Shown here one piece after another: positions 19,953-29,668 of a stretch of 64,000 bases of DNA. The stretch is taken from NCBI GenBank assembly GCA_002867475.1, contig PKTL01000043.1, positions 16,192 to 80,191 of the forward strand. Direction: 5' to 3'. Each line of letters begins with the position of its first letter. The first letter of the stretch is position 1. This DNA is from Candidatus Woesearchaeota archaeon. Its GTDB lineage: Archaea; Nanobdellota; Nanobdellia; Woesearchaeales; BM511. The notes beneath the pieces are model-generated. The model had not been told where the DNA came from. It ran no database searches and saw only the letters and a program-made list of their open reading frames with translations. The translations under genes and the position numbers were made by a program.

Positions 19953-20621
19953 ATGGTTGAAAACGCAATACTGAAAAAAACCTTAAAGATCGAATTTTGG
20001 ATAAGTATTTTTGTAAGGCTTAGTATATTAGGGGTTTTGATTCCTTCAATCATTGAGAAGCAGTACATGCTTGTTTTCGCAGCTAGTTCAATGCTCATAA
20101 TCTCATTTGTTCCTTCAATTATAGGAAAAAGATATCAGTTGGTCTTACCACCTGAATTTGAGATTATTGTGAGCTTGTTTTTATATGCCACTTTTATACT
20201 TGGTGAGATGAAAAGCTATTACTTTACGTATTGGTGGTGGGATATCCTTCTTCATAGCTTTAGCGCATTCATCCTTGGTTTGATTGGCTTTGTGATATTA
20301 TACACATTCCATTACGTTGAGAAAATTAATTTAAGCCCTATAATTGCTGCAATATTTAGTTTCAATTTTGCTGTAACCCTTGGAGTTATGTGGGAAATAT
20401 TTGAGTTTGCAGCTGATCAGTTCTTAGGATTGAACATGAAAAAAAGCGGTATAATGGATACAATGACTGACTTGATAGTTGATTCTATTGGTGCTTTGAT
20501 TGGTGCAGTCATGGGTTACTTCTATCTTAAAGGAGGAGACTCATTAATAATAAAAAGAATTGTTGAGAAATTTGTTAGACAAAATTTCAATAGGAAAAGA
20601 AAGATAACTTTTAGTCTTTAA
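19953..20621 (+). CDS. Integral membrane protein (DUF2238-like)
   Basis: WWDILLH, WEIFEF, DTMTDLIVD motifs; multiple TM helices. Confidence 0.75.
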   Translation: MVENAILKKTLKIEFWISIFVRLSILGVLIPSIIEKQYMLVFAASSMLIISFVPSIIGKRYQLVLPPEFEIIVSLFLYATFILGEMKSYYFTYWWWDILLHSFSAFILGLIGFVILYTFHYVEKINLSPIIAAIFSFNFAVTLGVMWEIFEFAADQFLGLNMKKSGIMDTMTDLIVDSIGALIGAVMGYFYLKGGDSLIIKRIVEKFVRQNFNRKRKITFSL

Positions 20622-20643
20622 TTAAAAAATATATAATAAATAA

Positions 20644-21183
20644 TTATTTAGGTTTGTATTTGCTTTTTTCAGCTTTATCGCTGATTATTGCAGAATTGCC
20701 TGTTGGGTCTTCGATTGTTATTGTTATTGAGTCGTTTCCCCACATAATGTTTTGGATTTTCTTAAGCATGTTTTTTGCTTTTTTTCTTTCGTCCTTATCT
20801 TCAGAATTGTCCCTTGCAGTTTCCAATTGATGCTTTACCCTATTGAAGATCCCTTCAATATTTGTTACGTATCCATTGCTTGCTGGGCCTGGCTCGATTG
20901 TCATTATCCTTGGGATCTTTATTGTTGCATCCCCAGATTTCACAACTCTTACTTTCATATCTTCTTCAGAATCTATCTTGAAAGTAAATTTTACAGGTTC
21001 ATCACTGCTTTCAGTTTCCACATCTGCTTTATGATATTTACAGTTTGAACAATTCATGCTAAATAAATACACCATTCCAAAATATGGAACTTCTCTTTCA
21101 TCTTCCATAAGGGTAAGATTATTAGTACCGCACATCGGACAAGGTTGCCCTTCAAGCATTGCTGGACCTGTTTCTTCTGCCAT
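20644..21183 (-). CDS. ZPR1 zinc-finger protein
   Basis: CPMC..CSNC, VPYFG, IEPGP, TNIEG, IEDPTGNS. Confidence 0.92.
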   Translation of the reverse strand: MAEETGPAMLEGQPCPMCGTNNLTLMEDEREVPYFGMVYLFSMNCSNCKYHKADVETESSDEPVKFTFKIDSEEDMKVRVVKSGDATIKIPRIMTIEPGPASNGYVTNIEGIFNRVKHQLETARDNSEDKDERKKAKNMLKKIQNIMWGNDSITITIEDPTGNSAIISDKAEKSKYKPK

Positions 21184-21273
21184 GTAATCTTTTAAGAATT
21201 AAGTGTTTATAAGGATTTGTTTTTTAAAAAATATATACTTGTAAATCGATATAAAAAAATATTAAAAAAAAAA

Positions 21274-21480
21274 TTATTCACTGTCTTCTTCATCAGCTTC
21301 TTCGCCGTCATCATATTCAGCTAGGATCTGTTGAAGTTTATCAGCATATTCTTCTTCAGTAAAAACATTTTTCTCGATTAATAACTCAATCAATGCGTCT
21401 ACTTTGTCATGTGCACCGTAAACCATTTCTTCAACTGTAAGAAGCTCTTCTTCTGTAACGTTTTGTTCTTCGTTTGTCAT
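21274..21480 (-). CDS. Small acidic hypothetical protein
   Basis: DALIELLIEKNVFTEEEY; GGAGGGTGA RBS upstream. Confidence 0.7.
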   Translation of the reverse strand: MTNEEQNVTEEELLTVEEMVYGAHDKVDALIELLIEKNVFTEEEYADKLQQILAEYDDGEEADEEDSE

Positions 21481-21641
21481 GTGATATCACCCTCCGTTTT
21501 GGATTTATTTTAGGATTGAGACCTTGTTTTTAAATCTTCGCATTAAAACAGGCAACAAGTAATTGATGCCGATTAGAGTAATGAAGTTAATTATAAATCT
21601 TACTCTAAAAATTTATATACTGGATATACATCCTTCTCGTT

Positions 21642-22208
21642 ATGGACATTTTAACAAAAGAGGAATTCATGCTTCAAAAAGAAGCATTCATGGCTGACTT
21701 AGAAGATGGAGAACTATTCATCTACCCAACCGACACAATATATGGCATTGGTTGTGATGCTACTAATGAGATAGCTGTATATAACCTTAGAAATATTAAG
21801 AAGATTCCAACAAGGCCTGTGTCGATTATTGCTCCTTCAAAAGAGTGGATTAAAGAACATTTTGAAGTTAATGACAAGGCTTCTGAATGGATCGATAAGC
21901 TTCCAGGACCTTACACTTTAGTTCTGAAATGCAAGAATGGTTGCATGCCTAGCAATATAAGCGATACAGGTAGTATTGGTGTTCGAATTCCTGATCATTG
22001 GATAAGCTCATTTGTTTCTGAATTTGGAAAACCTATTGTTACTACTAGTGCTAACATAACAGGTAAAAGTTTCATGACAAACATTGATGATTTAGATACT
22101 AGTATAAAGAAAAAAACCTTGTTCTTCATTGATGAAGGAGATATTCAAGGCAAGCCTAGCGATATCATTTTCTTGGATAAAAATAAAGTTGAAATAAAAG
22201 AAAGATAG
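21642..22208 (+). CDS. tsaC: L-threonylcarbamoyladenylate synthase (TsaC/Sua5 YrdC domain)
   Basis: YPTDTIYGIGC, LPGPYT, IGVRIP, TTSANITG. Confidence 0.93.
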   Translation: MDILTKEEFMLQKEAFMADLEDGELFIYPTDTIYGIGCDATNEIAVYNLRNIKKIPTRPVSIIAPSKEWIKEHFEVNDKASEWIDKLPGPYTLVLKCKNGCMPSNISDTGSIGVRIPDHWISSFVSEFGKPIVTTSANITGKSFMTNIDDLDTSIKKKTLFFIDEGDIQGKPSDIIFLDKNKVEIKER

Positions 22209-22236
22209 ATAAACTGAATTGATTTCTTTTAGTTTT

Positions 22237-23094
22237 ATGAGTTGGTTATTTTTTGGACTTGGAAATGCGATTTTCAAAACGCTTGAAGATTTAACTTTGA
22301 AAAAAGCAAGTTTTGAAGAAGACCCAATATTTTTACTATTTGTTTTACATACCATAAATGTTGTTTTGCTAATTATACCTTTATTTCTTTTTGGAATACC
22401 TTCTTTTAATAGCAAATTTATTTTTGCGGTTTTTATTAATTCAATAATCTATCTTGCTACGGGGATAATGTATGTTAAAGCAATTAAAATTTCTGAGATA
22501 AGCTTAATAGCTCCTATACTTTCTTTTGTCCCTTTATTTCTACTGATTACTTCCCCATTGATTCTTGGAGAGTTTCCAAATCCTATTAGTCTTATAGGCG
22601 TTATATTGATTGTTGCTGGGACTTATATAATAAATATGAATTCTAAAAAAGATTTTATGGATCCTTTAACTTCTATTTTTAGGCATAAAGGAACAAGGCT
22701 TGTTTTGTTTGTGACTATCTTATGGTCTTTTGCTGCAAATTTTGATAAGATGGCAATAGTAAATTCAAATCCTTTTTTTTATCTGGTTATTGTTAACTTG
22801 TTACAAACAATTTACTTGCTTCCAATAATCATTCTATCAAAGAAAAAGATAAGCAATAAAACAAATATCAAGTGGATCCTTTTAGCTGGCCTTTTTGGAA
22901 CATTGATGATCTTGAGCGCGATGTATGCCATTCAATTGACACTAGTTGCATATGTGGTTTCAGTGAAAAGATTGAGTATCATATTAACAGTTATTGTTGG
23001 AAGCTTATTATTCAAAGAACATGACTTGAAAAAAAGATCACTTGGCTCAGTAATAATGGTCATTGGTGCGATATTGATTGGATTAAACTCATAA
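22237..23094 (+). CDS. EamA/DMT-family transporter
   Basis: About ten TM segments in two repeats; ISLIAP, LFKE motifs. Confidence 0.85.
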   Translation: MSWLFFGLGNAIFKTLEDLTLKKASFEEDPIFLLFVLHTINVVLLIIPLFLFGIPSFNSKFIFAVFINSIIYLATGIMYVKAIKISEISLIAPILSFVPLFLLITSPLILGEFPNPISLIGVILIVAGTYIINMNSKKDFMDPLTSIFRHKGTRLVLFVTILWSFAANFDKMAIVNSNPFFYLVIVNLLQTIYLLPIIILSKKKISNKTNIKWILLAGLFGTLMILSAMYAIQLTLVAYVVSVKRLSIILTVIVGSLLFKEHDLKKRSLGSVIMVIGAILIGLNS

Positions 23095-23129
23095 AAGGTT
23101 TTATATAGTCTTTTTCATTAATTTTCATA

Positions 23130-23933
23130 ATGCTTGAAGTCAGTAAGGTTTATTGGAAAGAGGCTTTTGCTTATAGGGCTCAGTATTATTTTACATTACT
23201 TCTTAATCCTTTAAGGTTTCTTGTAATGATCTTTGTTTGGGGTGCTATCTATTCGCAAAATAGTATTGATGCCATCCAAGGATATTCATATGAAAACCTC
23301 ATAACCTATTTTATCCTTACAAATATATCTTTTACACTTATTTATAATCAAGTGACTGAGAAGATGGAAGAGTATAATAAGAAAGGTGATTTTATGGTTT
23401 TCATGATTAAACCTTGGAGTTTCTTCAAGCTTAGTCTTGTTATGACAATATCTAAAAGAATTTTTGCAATATTTGCAGAGATTTTACCTTTGCTTATCAT
23501 ACTCTTACTATTTTTCAAAGATTATTTTATCTTTGGTAATTTACCCCTGTATATTGTGTCTATAGGTCTTGCTTTCTTGATATCTTATCTTTTGGCAATG
23601 ATTATTGGTGCATTTGCTTTTTGGATGGTAAGCATTAGAAGCTTGACTTGGCTTTTGAATTTTATAATGAGCATCTTTGCAGGGTTGTATGTTCCTATCA
23701 CTTTTTTTCCTGGTGCTCTTGTTAGAGTTCTTGATCTTCTTCCTTTCAAGTATATGATATTTGTTCCTATAAATATATATCTTGGAAAGATTCCTATTTC
23801 AATAGAGAATGGTTTTTTTGGAAGCGTTTGGCATAGTTTGTCTATACAGATTTTTTGGTGTTTAGCGCTGTATTTTATCGTTGTGGTTTTTTGGAAGATT
23901 AGCCTTAAAAAGTTTGGAGGTGTTGGAGCATGA
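23130..23933 (+). CDS. ABC-2 type transporter permease
   Basis: AYRAQ, G.F...MIKP, AGLYVPITFFP; hydrophobic; in operon with ATPase. Confidence 0.85.
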   Translation: MLEVSKVYWKEAFAYRAQYYFTLLLNPLRFLVMIFVWGAIYSQNSIDAIQGYSYENLITYFILTNISFTLIYNQVTEKMEEYNKKGDFMVFMIKPWSFFKLSLVMTISKRIFAIFAEILPLLIILLLFFKDYFIFGNLPLYIVSIGLAFLISYLLAMIIGAFAFWMVSIRSLTWLLNFIMSIFAGLYVPITFFPGALVRVLDLLPFKYMIFVPINIYLGKIPISIENGFFGSVWHSLSIQIFWCLALYFIVVVFWKISLKKFGGVGA

Positions 23934-24706
23934 GCAATCTTGTTACATGGTTCAAGTATATCAGATCAAGCTTTTTGATAAGGATGGCTTACAGAGGTGA
24001 ATTCTTGATAAGTTTGGTTTCCATGTTTGCACTTGAAATGGTAGGACCTCTTTTTGCATATACTATTTACTTGAATTCTCCAGGTTTTGCTGGTTGGACA
24101 TTTTATCAGATCATACTACTTCAAGGAATACTTTTGTTTATCAAAGGTTTTAGTTATGTTCATTTTTTTGGGATAGTTTGGAACAGCAACATCAGTATTT
24201 GGAGAGGTACTTTGGATTTCATATTCTTGAAACCTAGAAATTTATTGTTGACTTTTATTTTTAGCTCATATGATGTTGAGGATAATGCTAAAATGCTTGG
24301 TGGAATAGCACTTATTGGATTTGCACTTTATCATATTGAATTCACTTTTACAAAGATTCTTCTTATGATTTATTTGATAATTTTAGGAATAGTGTTATTT
24401 TTTGCATTTGCACTTTTGTTCAGTGCTTTTATCATAAGGTTTATTCAGACTTGGAGATTGTATGAGTTTCTTGAGATAATTCTTATGATTGCTCAGTACC
24501 CAAATAAGATCTATCCTCAATATGTTTCAGTGATATTTACTTCTATCATTCCTTTGTTTGTCGCAGGGGTTTTCCCTGCAGAAGCTTTGATTGGTAGTGT
24601 TGTGCCTAATGTTTTATTAATGACTTTTTCGGTAGTTTTTATATTTTCAATTAGTTTATATACTTGGTTTAATGTATTAAAGCATTATTCAAGCGCAGGT
24701 GGATGA
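23930..24706 (+). CDS. ABC-2 type transporter permease
   Basis: YRGEF, GTLDFIFLKP, QYP..IYP, C-terminal YSSAGG. Confidence 0.85.
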   Translation: MSNLVTWFKYIRSSFLIRMAYRGEFLISLVSMFALEMVGPLFAYTIYLNSPGFAGWTFYQIILLQGILLFIKGFSYVHFFGIVWNSNISIWRGTLDFIFLKPRNLLLTFIFSSYDVEDNAKMLGGIALIGFALYHIEFTFTKILLMIYLIILGIVLFFAFALLFSAFIIRFIQTWRLYEFLEIILMIAQYPNKIYPQYVSVIFTSIIPLFVAGVFPAEALIGSVVPNVLLMTFSVVFIFSISLYTWFNVLKHYSSAGG

Positions 24707-25689
24707 TGGAAAAGATTATTATTGTTGAAAGATTGAAAAAAGAATTTAAGAGTTTCAATAGAAGTGAGTCTTTTGTTGAAGCTTTGAAATCTTTGGTTAA
24801 GCGTGATTACAAAGTTACTAAAGCTGTTGATGATATCAGTTTTTCTATTTCTAAGGGAGAAATTGTCGGTTTTCTTGGTCCTAATGGTGCGGGTAAAAGT
24901 ACAACTATCAAGATGCTTTCAGGAATCGTTTATGCTGACTCAGGAAATATTGAAGTTTTAGGTTTCAATCCGTGGAAGGAAAGGATAAAGTATGTTGGTA
25001 ATATTGGCGTTATATTTGGTCAGAAATCTCAGCTTTTTTGGGACTTACCACCTATTGATGCATTTTACATGAATAAAGAGATATATAATATTGATAAGAA
25101 AATCTTTGATGATACTCTTGAGTATTTTGTCAGATTGCTTGATCTTTTTGAGATCATGAAAAAGCCGACTAGGCAGCTTAGCCTTGGTGAGCGTATGAAG
25201 TGCGAGTTTGTAATGAGCATGCTTCATAGACCTAAAGTGGTTTTTTTAGATGAACCAACAATTGGTTTGGATGTCTTTGCTAAAGAGACTATACGTAAGT
25301 TCATCAAAGATATGAATAAGAAGTTTGGAACAACTTTTATAGTTACAAGTCATGACCTAGAAGATATTGAAAACCTTTGTGATAGAGTTATCATTATCAA
25401 CCATGGAAAAATAGTGTTCGATGATGATGTTTCAAAATTAGTTGTTAAAGACAAAAAGTACATCACTGTCAAGTTTTATGAAAAAATTGATTTTGATAAG
25501 TTGAGTAAGGTTAAAGAGATTAAGATTCTTGATAGAATTTCTGAGCATTCTGTAAGACTTGAAGCCAATGTGAAAAAGATCTATGTTGATGAATTAATAA
25601 AAAAGATTCGAATGGGTAAAAGGATTGAAGATTTAGAAATATCTAATCCTCCTATAACTGAAATAATAAAGAAATTATATAAGGATTGA
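24703..25689 (+). CDS. ABC transporter ATP-binding protein
   Basis: GPNGAGKST, LSLGERMK, FLDEPTIGLD, TSHD. Confidence 0.95.
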   Translation: MMEKIIIVERLKKEFKSFNRSESFVEALKSLVKRDYKVTKAVDDISFSISKGEIVGFLGPNGAGKSTTIKMLSGIVYADSGNIEVLGFNPWKERIKYVGNIGVIFGQKSQLFWDLPPIDAFYMNKEIYNIDKKIFDDTLEYFVRLLDLFEIMKKPTRQLSLGERMKCEFVMSMLHRPKVVFLDEPTIGLDVFAKETIRKFIKDMNKKFGTTFIVTSHDLEDIENLCDRVIIINHGKIVFDDDVSKLVVKDKKYITVKFYEKIDFDKLSKVKEIKILDRISEHSVRLEANVKKIYVDELIKKIRMGKRIEDLEISNPPITEIIKKLYKD

Positions 25690-27117
25690 TTATCCTTTTA
25701 TTACACCTAACGGTTTGACTTTTGCTACAAGTTTTCCTATTCCTGCTTCGTGTGAAACTTTCACCACTTCGTCAATATCTTTGTATGCTTCTGGTGCTTC
25801 TTCAACTATTCCTTTTTTAGATGCTGACTTAATATGAATATTATGTGATTCTAGTTCCTTTACTACTTCGTCTGCTTGCATGCTTTTCATCGCTTGGAAC
25901 CTGCTCATCTTTCGCCCTGCTCCATGAGCTGTTGAACCGAATGATTCTTCCATTGCTTTTTCTGTTCCTACTAGTATATAGCTTGATGTTCCCATTGAAC
26001 CTGGCAATAGTATTGGTTGTCCTGTTGGTTTATAGTCTTCTGGGAGTTCAGGTCTGTTTGGTGCGAATGCTCTTGTTGCTCCTTTCCTATGGACTATAAG
26101 TTCCTTTTCTTCTCCGTTTATAGTATGCTTTTCTAGTTTTGCGATGTTATGTGCTACATCATAGACTGTCTTTAAAGTTGCTTCTTTTCCAAATACTTCT
26201 TCAAAACTTTTTCTTACATTGTGTGCTATGATATGTCTGTTTGCCCATGCAAAGTTTGCAGCACCAATCATTGCACTGTAATAATCCTGGCCGAGTTTTG
26301 AACTGAATGGTGCGTAGATAAGATCTTTTTCTGGAAGTTCTTCTATTATATTTGGATACTCGTCTTCCATCTTTCTTAAGTAGTCACTGCATACTTGGTG
26401 ACCTAAGCCTCTACTTCCGCAGTGTATCATTACAACGATCTGGTTCTTTTCTTTTATTCCGAAAACACTTGCTTTTTCTTTATCGTAAATTTCATCTACT
26501 ATCTGCACTTCTAAGAAATGGTTTCCTGCACCTAGTGTTCCTAGTTGCCTTCTTCCTCTTCCTTTGCATTTCATTGAAATCAGTTTTGGGTCGCACCCAG
26601 GCATTGATCCTTCTTCTTCAGAGTGTTTTAAGTCGTCTTCGTTTCCAAAGCCTTGTTCGACTGCCCATCTCGCACCGTTTTTTAGGACTGCGTCTACTTC
26701 GTCGTCTGACAGTTTCATCTCTGATTCGCTGCCTACGCCTGACGGTACATTTTTGAAAAGTGATTCTAGTAAAGGTTCTATTTTTGGTTCTACTTCTTCT
26801 TTTGTTAGATTTGTTGCTAGAAGTCTTACTCCACAATTTATGTCAAAACCGATTCCGCCTGGAGTTATAATTCCTTCTTCTTTGTCGAAAGCTGCCACTC
26901 CACCTATGGAGAAACCGTAGCCCTTATGTGAGTCGGACATCATGATACTTGCTTTCTGTATTCCAGGTAATTTACTTACATTTATTCCTTGAGCTAGCGC
27001 TCCATCCGCTTCTATAGCATCTATTAATTTATCTGACGCGAACACTTTTACAGGGACATTCATATCCTCTTCTTTTTCTACAGTATACATTGAATCAGTG
27101 GTTTTTTCTAGTTTCAT
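25690..27117 (-). CDS. rtcB: RNA-splicing ligase RtcB
   Basis: GFDINCG, GNHF, HCGSRG, HRKGAT, PGSMG, HGAGR, EEAP.AYK. Confidence 0.97.
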   Translation of the reverse strand: MKLEKTTDSMYTVEKEEDMNVPVKVFASDKLIDAIEADGALAQGINVSKLPGIQKASIMMSDSHKGYGFSIGGVAAFDKEEGIITPGGIGFDINCGVRLLATNLTKEEVEPKIEPLLESLFKNVPSGVGSESEMKLSDDEVDAVLKNGARWAVEQGFGNEDDLKHSEEEGSMPGCDPKLISMKCKGRGRRQLGTLGAGNHFLEVQIVDEIYDKEKASVFGIKEKNQIVVMIHCGSRGLGHQVCSDYLRKMEDEYPNIIEELPEKDLIYAPFSSKLGQDYYSAMIGAANFAWANRHIIAHNVRKSFEEVFGKEATLKTVYDVAHNIAKLEKHTINGEEKELIVHRKGATRAFAPNRPELPEDYKPTGQPILLPGSMGTSSYILVGTEKAMEESFGSTAHGAGRKMSRFQAMKSMQADEVVKELESHNIHIKSASKKGIVEEAPEAYKDIDEVVKVSHEAGIGKLVAKVKPLGVIKG

Positions 27118-27165
27118 AGTTTTCTTGGATTTAATTTTTCTTTAAAAAGATTATGTATAATTAAT

Positions 27166-28034
27166 TTATTTTAGAATTTTCTTCTTTTTCATATCAAGAT
27201 TATTATTTTTAGACATTACTGTTCTTCCTATTCTTTTTTCTATACTTTTTCTTGTTTCATTTGCTACTTCTCCACCTTCTTTAGCAGATTCGTTACATTC
27301 ATCAAAACCTTGAGAATCATTTTCTATTGTTATATCAGTTGTAGCTTTTTCACCAACCATAGTTAGTATCAATTCCCAATCATTCACACATGAAGACTAT
27401 AAGTCTTCAGTGCACAGAAGAATACTAATTCTTCTTGTGTGTGATCTCTTAAGTTCTGCTTTTTTAATTTTTTAAAATCCTTATATTCTCCAACAGTTTT
27501 ACCAAATGTTGCTTTACTAATTTCATTTGTCAATATTGCGAATTCATTTTCGTTTTTTACATCTCTATTTTTCCATTCGTCGGTTAATTCTTGTCTTATT
27601 ACAATACCTCTTAATCTTTTATCTATCCACTCTTTTGGATATCCTTTTAATTCATAATATTCTTTGATTCTATCTTGACCCAATTCAGGATTTTCTATCT
27701 CTTGTATTCTTTCATAACCTGTTTTAGCTAACCATTGTTTGAAAGGTTCAGCTTTTTTTGAAGGAATCGATTGAATTATACGAAAAAGATTCTTTGTATT
27801 TGCACAATCAGTAAAATAAGATTTTCCATCTGAAGAAGATAATTTCAGTTGTACCCAAATTGGGGACAACTCAAGCACTTTAAATTCTCTATCTTTAACT
27901 TTTCCCCAATATTGTCTTGGCTTGGGACTTTCAGTTAAAACTTCAACAACATCAACTATTGAGAAATACCATTCATCATTGAACCAAATCCTTCTAATGT
28001 TCTTATCTTGGAAAACTATTATTTTATCATTCAT
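27166..28034 (-). pseudogene. BRO-N/antirepressor (DinD-like) DNA-binding gene frameshifted by a 53-nt insertion
   Basis: EWYFSIVDVV, RIIQSIPSKKAEPFKQWLA and LRDH|MNDWELIL split across two ORFs; removing 27387..27439 restores a 271-aa frame. Confidence 0.85.
27387..27439. repeat. 53-nt quasi-palindromic double-hairpin insertion (MITE/REP-like)
   Basis: cacatgaagact-ata-agtcttcagtg followed by cacagaagaat-acta-attcttcttgtg; near-perfect terminal inverted repeats CACAWGAAGA. Confidence 0.8.
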
Positions 28035-28056
28035 AGATTATTATAAACTCTTTTTA

Positions 28057-28086
28057 TTTAAATACTCTATGTGGCTATGTCCAGTG
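28057..28086 (-). promoter_or_regulatory. CACTGGACAT-N14-TTTAAA promoter motif, copy B
   Basis: + strand tttaaa-tactctatgtggct-atgtccagtg; 22 nt before ATG 28034. Confidence 0.65.
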
Positions 28087-28230
28087 TTTAACATATAATT
28101 AACTCCTTAGTGGTAACAAAATCGAAAGATTTATATACTCATCCACATTAAACAATATATTAAATATGGCAAGTTTTATAAAAGAAAAACACTGTATTTA
28201 GTAAAAACTAATATTCACAAGGTGATAGAT

Positions 28231-29037
28231 ATGAAGAAAAAACTAGTTACTTTAGCAGCAATCACAGCTTTTGGTGCTACACCAGCTGTTGCTTTAGATC
28301 AAGAAGAAATCGACGCAATGTTTTCTGCTCCTAACGCTCCAAAACAAGAAGAAGTTATGGGAATAGCACAAAAAGGCGGACTTATAGACATCGTAACAAA
28401 AGATAATAAGATTCTAAGATTCAATGATGAATGGACAACTCTACAAGATGCAAATGGAGGAGATTATCACACTCTTGGTGCAACAGGAGTTACAAGAACA
28501 AAAAAGACCTCATTCTCAGATCCTGAAGATGTATTCACAGTAAGTGATTATGGACTTGACCAATCAAAAGTTGATGAAAACGGACAACTATCCCTTTTTG
28601 CTTCATACCTTATTGATGGACCTGCAAAGATTGATGGAATATCCGCAGCTACCAATCCTAGAAAAGATGGATATGATTTTTTAGTATTATCAGAAGGTAA
28701 CCTATACGAATCAAACATGGTTGATGGAGTACTAGTTGTTGACACAACACCAGTTGACAGTATTGACGCAGCAGTTGTTGGTTTTGACAACATGAACGGC
28801 GGAAAAAGAGCAACAGTCACAAACAATGATTACACACTGACTAAAGAAAAAGACGGCAGAGTTATCTTTGAAAGAAGCACAGACCTACAACCAGGAGAAA
28901 CAGAATATCCAATAATCATCGCACCAGGAGAAGCTTGCAGTCTTGACTTGATTGCAGCAGGAGAACAAGCATGCCAAGATGGATATGTTTGCAAAGCAAA
29001 TGATTATCCAATAAAATACAACTGCTTATTAGAATAA
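28231..29037 (+). CDS. Secreted protein with C-terminal Cys-rich module
   Basis: Signal peptide MKKKLVTLAAITAFGATPAVA; AAGGTGA RBS; 4-Cys C-terminus. Confidence 0.8.
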   Translation: MKKKLVTLAAITAFGATPAVALDQEEIDAMFSAPNAPKQEEVMGIAQKGGLIDIVTKDNKILRFNDEWTTLQDANGGDYHTLGATGVTRTKKTSFSDPEDVFTVSDYGLDQSKVDENGQLSLFASYLIDGPAKIDGISAATNPRKDGYDFLVLSEGNLYESNMVDGVLVVDTTPVDSIDAAVVGFDNMNGGKRATVTNNDYTLTKEKDGRVIFERSTDLQPGETEYPIIIAPGEACSLDLIAAGEQACQDGYVCKANDYPIKYNCLLE

Positions 29038-29287
29038 AAATATGAAACAATTTTGGAGGAAACACGAAATGAAATTTTTTGCAATATTTATGTTAATACT
29101 TAGCTTTTTAGCTAGTTTTTTTGGACCAGTAGATTCACCAACAGGAGAGGTTATAGTTAATCCAGAACCTGCACCTATTGAAGCTGGAGAAATCTGTGAC
29201 CCAAATGACTCAAATCAAATTTGTGAAGAAGGATATGTTTGCAAAGCAAATGATTATCCAATAAAATACAACTGCTTATTAGAATAA
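28981..29287 (+). repeat. Exact 57-bp direct repeat (28981..29037 and 29231..29287) forming the 3' ends of two adjacent genes
   Basis: ggatatgtttgcaaagcaaatgattatccaataaaatacaactgcttattagaataa occurs twice, 250 bp apart. Confidence 0.95.
29042..29287 (+). CDS. Small membrane-anchored/secreted protein with the same Cys-rich module
   Basis: Hydrophobic N-terminus followed by PTG; CDPNDSNQICEEGYVCKANDYPIKYNCLLE. Confidence 0.7.
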   Translation: MKQFWRKHEMKFFAIFMLILSFLASFFGPVDSPTGEVIVNPEPAPIEAGEICDPNDSNQICEEGYVCKANDYPIKYNCLLE

Positions 29288-29371
29288 TTACTTATCTAAT
29301 AAGTATTTTTTCTTTATTTTACTTATCATAATCGATATTTTTATATATTATTACTTATTTAATAAGTATTT

Positions 29372-29668
29372 ATGACTGGTCAAGGAGATGATATTAGAGA
29401 TAAATTCAATTCTTTAGTTAGTAATCTCCAAAAATTAGGGTTTTCTTTTGATGAAATACTTTCCATGATGAGTTCTGATTTTGAATCTGATAAAACCCTT
29501 ATTCCCTTAGAAGTATTTCGAACCCGAGACCTTGGAGCGCTTGAAAGCTTAACTGTTTTTCTAAAAGAGAAAAAGGACATGAAATTCTCTGAAATAGGCA
29601 AAGCCTTGGAAAGAGATCAAAGAACTATCTGGACAACATACAATAAAGCAAAGAAGAAACTAGAATGA
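29372..29668 (+). CDS. Helix-turn-helix protein
   Basis: MKFSEIGKALERDQRTIWTTYNKAKKK HTH; ATGA overlap with giant gene. Confidence 0.75.
   Translation: MTGQGDDIRDKFNSLVSNLQKLGFSFDEILSMMSSDFESDKTLIPLEVFRTRDLGALESLTVFLKEKKDMKFSEIGKALERDQRTIWTTYNKAKKKLE

Noticed and set aside
27381-27446. Canonical bulge-helix-bulge intron in the BRO-N gene (tempting because rtcB is adjacent)
   Set aside because: At the frame-restoring junctions the required 4-bp central helix (AUCA with CAUG) does not pair; kept only as a non-canonical possibility.
28981-29287. Diversity-generating retroelement TR/VR pair or CRISPR repeat
   Set aside because: Only two copies, identical with no adenine-specific mismatches, both coding; no reverse transcriptase or cas gene in the window.
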